A stretch of DNA of 64,000 nt, taken from NCBI RefSeq assembly GCF_009914755.1, contig NC_060926.1. One strand, 5' to 3'. A program made the translations under genes and the position numbers. The stretch comes from the human T2T-CHM13v2.0 reference genome, Homo sapiens. The notes beneath the pieces were generated by a model. It had not been told where the DNA came from. It saw only the letters and a list, made by a program, of their open reading frames with translations, and searched no databases. Shown one piece after another: positions 56,712 through 64,000 of the stretch (its first letter is position 1; every line of letters begins with the position of its first letter).

Positions 56712-58003
56712 GTAATGTAGGCCTCCCATCCTCCTGCCCTATTCAGAACCCCCTTCTCAGTTCCTTTAGCAGACTTCTGACAACCCCACCCCAGGCTTTC
56801 CCCCTCCTTCACCTCCTGTTTTATTCTTTATTGTTTCAGGTGAATATAATCAGGTCAGGATGTGGCCATGGGTCTTACTTTTTAAAGCAGATGGTCCTAA
56901 GCTGGACTTTTCCAGTCAGGTTTTTGTTGCTTCCTACCAGTCCCTGTTGGGTTTTTGACGAGGGCATCCAGGCTTGGTGATTCCTATGGTAAACTTCAGC
57001 AGAGGAAGTGAGGGTGTGACTACAGGCTGATGGGATTTGGGAGATCAGACAAAATGTGCTACAAAATCATGCACCCCTCTTACCTGAATGAAAAGCCTGT
57101 GCTGAAGGCAGTTCTAGGTGGGCTAGGGCCGCGTGGTGTCACATAGTCCCCAGGTGCCTGCTTCAAAGGGCAGTGTTGTTGGATCTTAAGTGCCGGTTAA
57201 TATCTTTAGGAGAATTTCTAGGCCTGCTTCTGTGCTTTCTTGTTTTGGTTCTGTTTTCTGGATCTCTGGCTTCTCTGTTTGGCCAGATAGGGTCTTTGCT
57301 AAAGGAACACTCTGCTCTTGGACAAGAATTTGGGAGAATTGCCAAACAGAAAGATGTGAGTGTTTAACCAAAAATAAATTTCCAAAATGTTTTTCTCCAT
57401 CCAGTGTACTAATAGGATTTGCTCATTTAATCATATATAGACAAGAAACAAAATGATGGGCTGAATACAGTTTATCGGCAGGCTTTCTTTCTTGCTTGTC
57501 AATATTTTAATGTTAGACTATTTCACATAAAGGTTAGAGCTTCTGGGTTGTCTTAGACGGCCAAAAGATTTGGCACCCTCACACAGCCAGTAGTAGTGAG
57601 GGGTGTCACAGGCCATATTCCTGCTTGGCAATAACAGGCTCAAGTACGGTGGGGTCAGTCACCCTGTTTCACTGGTGACTGGTGTCACTGGACACTCCTT
57701 CCAGCGCTTGTCTTCTTCACAGTCCGTCTTGCTGTAAGTAATGAGATCTTACTAGGAGAGGTGATCCTTTCTCCTAGATGCTTACCCATGTAGTTTGAGA
57801 GCAAGGGTGTGTAGCAGATGAATGGTGAAGGTTGGAGGTGCTTTGGGAGCTCAGAGAACTAAGCCGAAACTGTCACATCACCATCTGAGACGGAGCACCA
57901 GCTCCATGGAAATATACCAATAGCAGTGTGAAGAGGGACTGCCTTCGGGAGTGGGGACAGAGCTGGCAGAGTTCAGACTAAAGTTTTCCTTCTCTTCATT
58001 TAG

Positions 58004-58175
58004 CCAGTGATGGTGTCTGGAGTGCATCATAAATTGAACTCTGAACTTTGGAAACCTGAATCCTTCAGGAAAGAGTTTGGTGAGCAGGAAGTAGACCTAG
58101 TTAATTGTAGGACCAATGAAATCATCACAGGAGCCACAGTAGGAGACTTCTGGGATGGATTTGAAGATGTTCCAA
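58004..58175 (+). CDS. KDM3A: KDM3A exon 19 (PVMVSGV...FWDGFEDVP)
   Basis: ttag|CCA ... CCAA|gtatgt; 172 nt. Confidence 0.96.
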
Positions 58176-58958
58176 GTATGTATGAAAGATCTTTTAAGGG
58201 GGTTGGGGATGTGAAAGGAGGGGACACAGGAATGGCAGGAGTCTGAGACCCATCAGTGGCAGCCGCAGCATTTTCCAGGATTTTGGAGTTTAAAATTAAC
58301 GTCTCTCCTCCCCTTCCTTGTTACAATGTTTATGCTTTTAAACACTGAGGCATTATTACCTGTTCTGTTGGTCTTTGTTGTCCCTGGACAGAACATCAGA
58401 TAGGGTCAGTCTCTCTCTCTGAGCAGAATAAGTAATTTCTGTTGCATGCTGGCCTCAGAAAAATGGGTTTACTAAACACCTGTGACCCTTGATGGTTGAC
58501 GTGCATTGCTGTTGGTTAGTTGGGATGCTGCTCACTTCTTCTGGAACACTGTAGAGGAGGAGCAGATTGGATCGATGACAGCTGTTGAAATACCACCTAC
58601 ATGCAGTGGGCAAAAGGGAGCGGCTGAATCTCCCAAGAATGAGTAGCAGCTTAATAAGCTTCTAGGAAAGACAAGGCCCTGACACAGATCCATTAGTTGG
58701 TGATCTTTATTTTGCTGCACCTTGCTGCCTCCTGGGTACAAATGGATTTTTTTACACTGCAGAAATAAAATGGTGGATAGTTGGTAGGAGGGGAAAATTA
58801 AGGAAAAGTAATATTTGTATACTAAATTTATCAGGTTATGAAAATTTTGCAGAGACATATTTTATTTGTATTGTTGAGGCATAAAATGCTAATTTGTCAT
58901 TTATTTTGGTCTGTTTCTGAATTATAAATAGTAATAGTTCATTCTGTTTACCTTTCAG

Positions 58959-59046
58959 ATCGTTTGAAAAATGAAAAAGAACCAATGGTGTTGAAACTTA
59001 AGGACTGGCCACCAGGAGAAGATTTTAGAGATATGATGCCTTCCAG
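58959..59046 (+). CDS. KDM3A: KDM3A exon 20 (NRLKNEK...[18 protein letters not shown])
   Basis: tcag|ATCG ... CCAG|gtatga; 88 nt; KLKDWP motif of JmjC proteins. Confidence 0.96.
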
Positions 59047-59745
59047 GTATGATTATGAAGGTGGGGAGAGATGATTCTGTCCTTCACTTGGTAGGATAAA
59101 TTCTTTTTTGAGGTAGTGAGAAAACAGTTTTCAAGAAAATAACAAAAGTTCTGTAATTATACTGCCACTGATTTTTCATTTCTAGTCTGTAGTCATTGGA
59201 GGCATGTTTATTTTTAGATGAGATGAAGAAGTGATTGGCTTTTAGGCCTGGCTGACTAATGGAACACCACAGATTTTCCATGGTAGGCCCTGCTAGAGAA
59301 GAGGCTCACTTTTTCTTACAAGGCTGATTTGGAGGCAGTTGTGGAATCTGACCTGTCAGGGTCAGGACAATGTAGTCACAGCACTGAGTTAGACAAGAAG
59401 ACATCTACTGGGTAGATCTATTTTCCTGACTGAGCTTGAAACTTTGAAAAGGGTGTCACAACTAATCAATGATATATCTCTAAGAATAACTTTTTGTCTA
59501 GAATTTATTGCTGAGATCTTTTGTCTGAACGGTTACAGCTGATTTTGACACATTGGTGTGTTGTAGGAGAGAGAGAAGACATCTTTGTAACTGCTGTACT
59601 TCTCATCTTAAATATTTGATGGCTGTCAGTCTGCATGATCACAGATGGATTTGTTCCTTTTGGTGTAGAAGGAACAAAACAGGTTACACAATAATGAATT
59701 AGAAAAGCAATCTAACTTTGCAAATTCCTGGTTCTGTTGTTCTAG

Positions 59746-59876
59746 GTTTGATGATCTGATGGCCAACATTCCACTGCCCGAGTACACAAGGCGAGATGGC
59801 AAACTGAATTTGGCCTCTAGGCTGCCAAACTACTTTGTTCGGCCAGATCTGGGCCCCAAGATGTATAATGCTTATG
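59746..59876 (+). CDS. KDM3A: KDM3A exon 21, JmjC domain (FDDLMAN...[11 protein letters not shown])
   Basis: ctag|GTTT ... TATG|gtaagg; 131 nt. Confidence 0.97.
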
Positions 59877-61504
59877 GTAAGGAGGAGATGGCTAACTTTA
59901 AAATGGAAATAAAACAATTCAAAATGTTTGGAAAATTGATTTTGTGGGAGGGAGAGGTGGAAAACACCCATAATCCTAATGCGTAATACAGCCACAGCTT
60001 TCATTTTTACATATTTCCTTTCGTTCCCTGGCCACATGTTTGTGTGTTTCTTTTCATAGTTGCAGTTGTAGGGCATATGCAATTTTGTGTTTTTCCCTTT
60101 ACTGTACCTAATTTTACATTGTAAAATCTTTACATGTTACTTAATAGTCTTTAGATGACTTTTAATGGTGTGTGATACATCATTGAGAGAATGTACTTTT
60201 ATTAGTGATTTCAGTGTTCGGACATTTAGGTCAATCTGCTGGCATTCTAGCTGTCTTAACATCTGCTACAATTAAATGCAGTGTTCTGTGTTGTTGAGTA
60301 GAAGTTAGTTACTTAGGATTCAAAGTACCCTTTGAGTTGGACTTTTATTCTTTTGACATGACTCAATACTCACTGTCTAACAAGGAGGATGCCTGGGATA
60401 AAGATTGGTTTCTCCATTTACCAGAGCTTTCTTTCATCATCATTATAACTGAGATCTTCGTCAGTTTTACACATGGCCTTTAATTAGGGCTGGATTCGAG
60501 TTGGCCATTTTGAAGGAAGTATGTATTGTTGAATGCAGTTCTAGTTGTTTGAATATTTCAGTGAATTTTATTTACTCATTTTTACTATTTGGCCCCTACT
60601 TTTCCAGTCCTCCTGGAAATTACTTATTTCTTCCTGCCATAATTACTTCCATGTCATTTTCCATTTCTAGCCTTAGACCTGTGGGTGTCTTTCTCAAAAA
60701 GGACAAGGTCTGTTGTTGTCTTCGCTATGTTCTCCAAAGACTGTTGGGGGAGGGAAGGGAAGGAGGGGCAAGGACTCCAGCCCCACAATTCTGTTACGGT
60801 TGAGTCAGCTCAGGGAACCACTAGGAGTGTAGTTGGGGACTGTTGTGACAGGGGAGTGTTTTTGTGTGCAAGCTCCCAGCAGTCTCCATGCCCAAGATAG
60901 TTCTGCCAGGGTAGGGGTACCAGAGAAATTGTGTGTGGGTGAGAAGACCCGGTGGGCACAAGGCCTCTTGCCTGTTCCTCACTTCTCAGGTCTCTGTTGG
61001 TGAGTCCTCCATGTGCTGTGGGTCTGCAGTGTGCTCTCTCGAGGTCCTGTCCCTCGAGCCCCTCAGAGACTGATTAAAGCAGCTGCATGGTTGGGATCTT
61101 GGGCAAACTTAAGTATATAAGAGCATTTTTCCAATAAATTGTATAGTTTATCCATGCTTTATAGAAATCCTGAAGCTTTAAAGGTGGGTATCTGAGAAAT
61201 TTTCAAAAGAATTGCTTGCGTGGTTTAACTAGCTTGGCAGCGGGTCTTTCCCCCTAGACACTAATAGATGGCAGTGTTACTCTATAAAAGCTTTTCCTAT
61301 GACAAAATGGTTCCCATCCAGAAGCAAGCATTCAGAAGGATGAAAATAATGATGTGTTCATTTTCAAACACCTTATATCTTATTGTAAACATCATTAAAG
61401 AGTGGTCTTTTCAAAGGTTGTGTGATTGAGCTGTGACTCTTCCATGAGAGTAAGTGCAAAGGCTCTTTGGAGAGATCATATAATCCAGCCTCTCTTCAGT
61501 TCCT

Positions 61505-61650
61505 GCAACACCCCCCATTTTGCAAATGAGGACCAGGACTTGCGGACAGTAGAAGGGGCATTGACTTGTTCAGGATCTCCAAGGGGCAGCTAGTGGCAGG
61601 TCTGAAACTAGTACTTAGATCTCCTGATTTCCAAGCTAGAGCCCATTTCC
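61505..61650 (-). mobile_element. MIR SINE
   Basis: ccccattttgcaaatgagga...gacttgttcagg...cagctagtggcagg MIR core. Confidence 0.65.
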
Positions 61651-63334
61651 CTACTCTTCCCCCACTCTTAACTCCCCATCACCCAACAGCCCCTACTGTT
61701 TCAGCTTTTTTTCCCCCTTAAAAGTCCATGGTGTTTTGTTTCAGGATGTTTTGTTGTCTAGCACTCCTTTCCCTTTGACCATTATGTTTTTACAATTTTG
61801 GTTTCATCTCAGTTTACCATGGTTTAGAGTCTGGTTTTATCAATGTACAGTTACCCATGACTGGGATCCAGTGGACTTTGGGCCAGTGGCTGGGCAGCAG
61901 TTATTTCCTTGCTCGTTTTGCACTGTGGCACTGGCTGGATCAGCAGGCAGCCAGTCCTGCTGAGGCTTTGCCTCCTAGTCTCCTTTCCTTACTTTTCTTG
62001 CCAGCTCCATCCTCTTCCTATTGCCCTTAGTCTAACCACCATCTTCAAGTTTGTGTTTATCGTTTGCTTATATTTACAATTTTAACATATATATTTGTAT
62101 TCCTGCACAATATTCTTTCAGTTTTTAGCCTGCTTTTGAACTTCATATAAATAGAATCAGATTTTTTATATTCATCCATGCTGTCATATATCATCCATGT
62201 GTTCATTTCATTCATTTTATTTCTATTACATTAATTGCTTTTTTCTGAAATTTTGCTTTTTACTATGGAACTATTTTTCAAATACAGTGAAAACTTGAGA
62301 GTCTGGTAGTGACTCCATATAACTCATCACCCAGTTATATAACAGCTTTTAACTTTTTGCCATAATCGTTTCATTGTCTTCTCTCTTTATGTTTTTTCAT
62401 CATCCTCTCAACTATCCTATGATTTCACCCTAATACCAAACGCTTTACCTACTCCCAGGACTGATATTTCAGCAAGCTGGAAAGAAAGGAAAGTACAACA
62501 GGGCTCTGGGGGCCCTGGTCCCAAGCTGGAGTGAAGAAATGTGCCCTCTCAAAAGTATAGCCCCTCTAAAACCAAAGCCCCAGGCAAGCCAGAGATAAAG
62601 CCTTCCTCCAAAACAGTATTATGGGGCGTTTTCAGAGGCTGGCAGGTTAGAAAACAGCCGCTGCTTGCTCACTACAAGCTGTGCTTCTCCCTACTGCCCA
62701 GTCTAAGAAGCAGAGTCCTGGTGTTACAATGGGTTGCCCAAAGTGACTGCAGGGTAAGCTTCAGGATGATTGTTGAGCAAGGTGAGCTTTCTCCTGTGAG
62801 CAAGGAATTAGCCACAGACTGAACACTGTGGGGGACCTGTCTTTCTGGCTCACTCCTCACCCCTCCTCTTTTACAGTTGAGAGAACCAAGGAATGCGTTG
62901 GGCAGTATTCCTTCTTATACTCATGATAGCCATTTGACGTTCCAGGTTTATGTGTGTGTGTGGGTGGGTGCTTTCCCTTGGACTCCCCATCTCGAGTGGT
63001 CCTTGGGCTTTGTCTCTTGCCCCAGAACTCCTAGGCTGTGGCAACAATCAAAGCCTGAGCTCACTTGATCTAGCAGATGTCCTTTTGGCAAATCCCAGCT
63101 TCGGAAGCCTGCTTTAACCACTTCCATTTCCTGCTGTTTTTGGCTTCTGAGTATTCCTTCTTTTCTTGCTAGCACATCGATTGGTTAAAGAATTTTTTTG
63201 CAATAATTTGATCCAGAATTTTTATTCTCAGCAGAAGAGTCAATCAGGGACCTACCATCCCCCAGGTAGGTAGTGGAAAGACTGTGGCAGCCTTTGTTGT
63301 CTTTTGTAAAACTTAAGGCACTTTGTTTTTGCAG

Positions 63335-63454
63335 GATTAATCACTCCTGAAGATCGGAAATATGGAACAACAAATCTTCACTTAGATGTATCTGATGCAG
63401 CTAATGTCATGGTCTATGTGGGAATTCCCAAAGGACAGTGTGAGCAAGAAGAAG
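63335..63454 (+). CDS. KDM3A: KDM3A exon 22, JmjC Fe(II) ligands His1120 (63379-63381) and Asp1122 (63385-63387)
   Basis: gcag|GATTA ... GAAG|gtaggg; [11 protein letters not shown]; cumulative codon count gives H1120. Confidence 0.97.
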
Positions 63455-63536
63455 GTAGGGTGCTGAGCATAAAAGGAGGGCTTACTCTTTGAGCCAGGGC
63501 TTGTGGTCTGATATCTGCTTTCTCTTCTTGCTCTAG

Positions 63537-63676
63537 AAGTCCTTAAGACCATCCAAGATGGAGATTCTGACGAACTCACAATAAAGCGATTTATTGAAGG
63601 AAAAGAGAAGCCAGGAGCACTGTGGCACATATATGCTGCAAAGGACACGGAGAAGATAAGGGAATTTCTTAAAAAG
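63537..63676 (+). CDS. KDM3A: KDM3A exon 23 (EVLKTIQ...PGALWHIY...EFLKK)
   Basis: ctag|AAGTC ... AAG|gtgtgc; 140 nt; preceded by an 82-nt intron. Confidence 0.96.
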
Positions 63677-64000
63677 GTGTGCTGCTTATGGCATGTGTGA
63701 ACAGAGGCATAAGGAATAGCAATATTATGTTACTACATGTGGTGAACTGACTGGCTTGGCTAGGGGAATTGTCACAACCTGAAAAGTTAAATCTGTACCT
63801 GTCAGATTGAATAGGCTGAAGGTGGTTGCTAAGGAACAAGGATTCTAAATGATTAGGGTTACACTTCTAAAAAAAGCAGGCCTTGTCTTTTATGTCTGTG
63901 TTTTGTGTTAGAGTGCATTTAGAGATTTTTGTTCTCTGCTTTCAAGTTAGAAGTTAGTTCATCTGATCATCTCCCAGCATATATCTGTTTTTATTGCCTT

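Overview
Primate genomic DNA, very probably human, containing most of the KDM3A (JMJD1A/JHDM2A) H3K9me1/2 demethylase gene on the + strand. The first ~14.6 kb is repeat-dominated intergenic DNA (old L1s, Alus, hAT MITEs). A CpG-island promoter lies at ~14.7-16.3 kb, followed by a non-coding exon 1 and 22 coding exons (exons 2-23). All have GT-AG boundaries and consistent phases, giving 1191 codons. The C6 zinc finger, LxxLL motif and JmjC HxD motif are present; the last exons lie beyond the window. The most striking unexplained structure is a ~310-bp, ~91%-identical, non-Alu inverted duplication (53423-53731 / 54732-55052) that brackets frame-shifting exon 16, with mismatches biased toward G-U pairs. 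Other leads: a palindromic RFX X-box and a duplicated splice donor just inside intron 2, candidate poison exons in introns 8 and 21, a (TG)22 tract at the exon 12 acceptor, a T22 tract at the exon 6 acceptor, and near-alternating Alu orientations around exons. Repeat family names are from recall, and all counts are manual.
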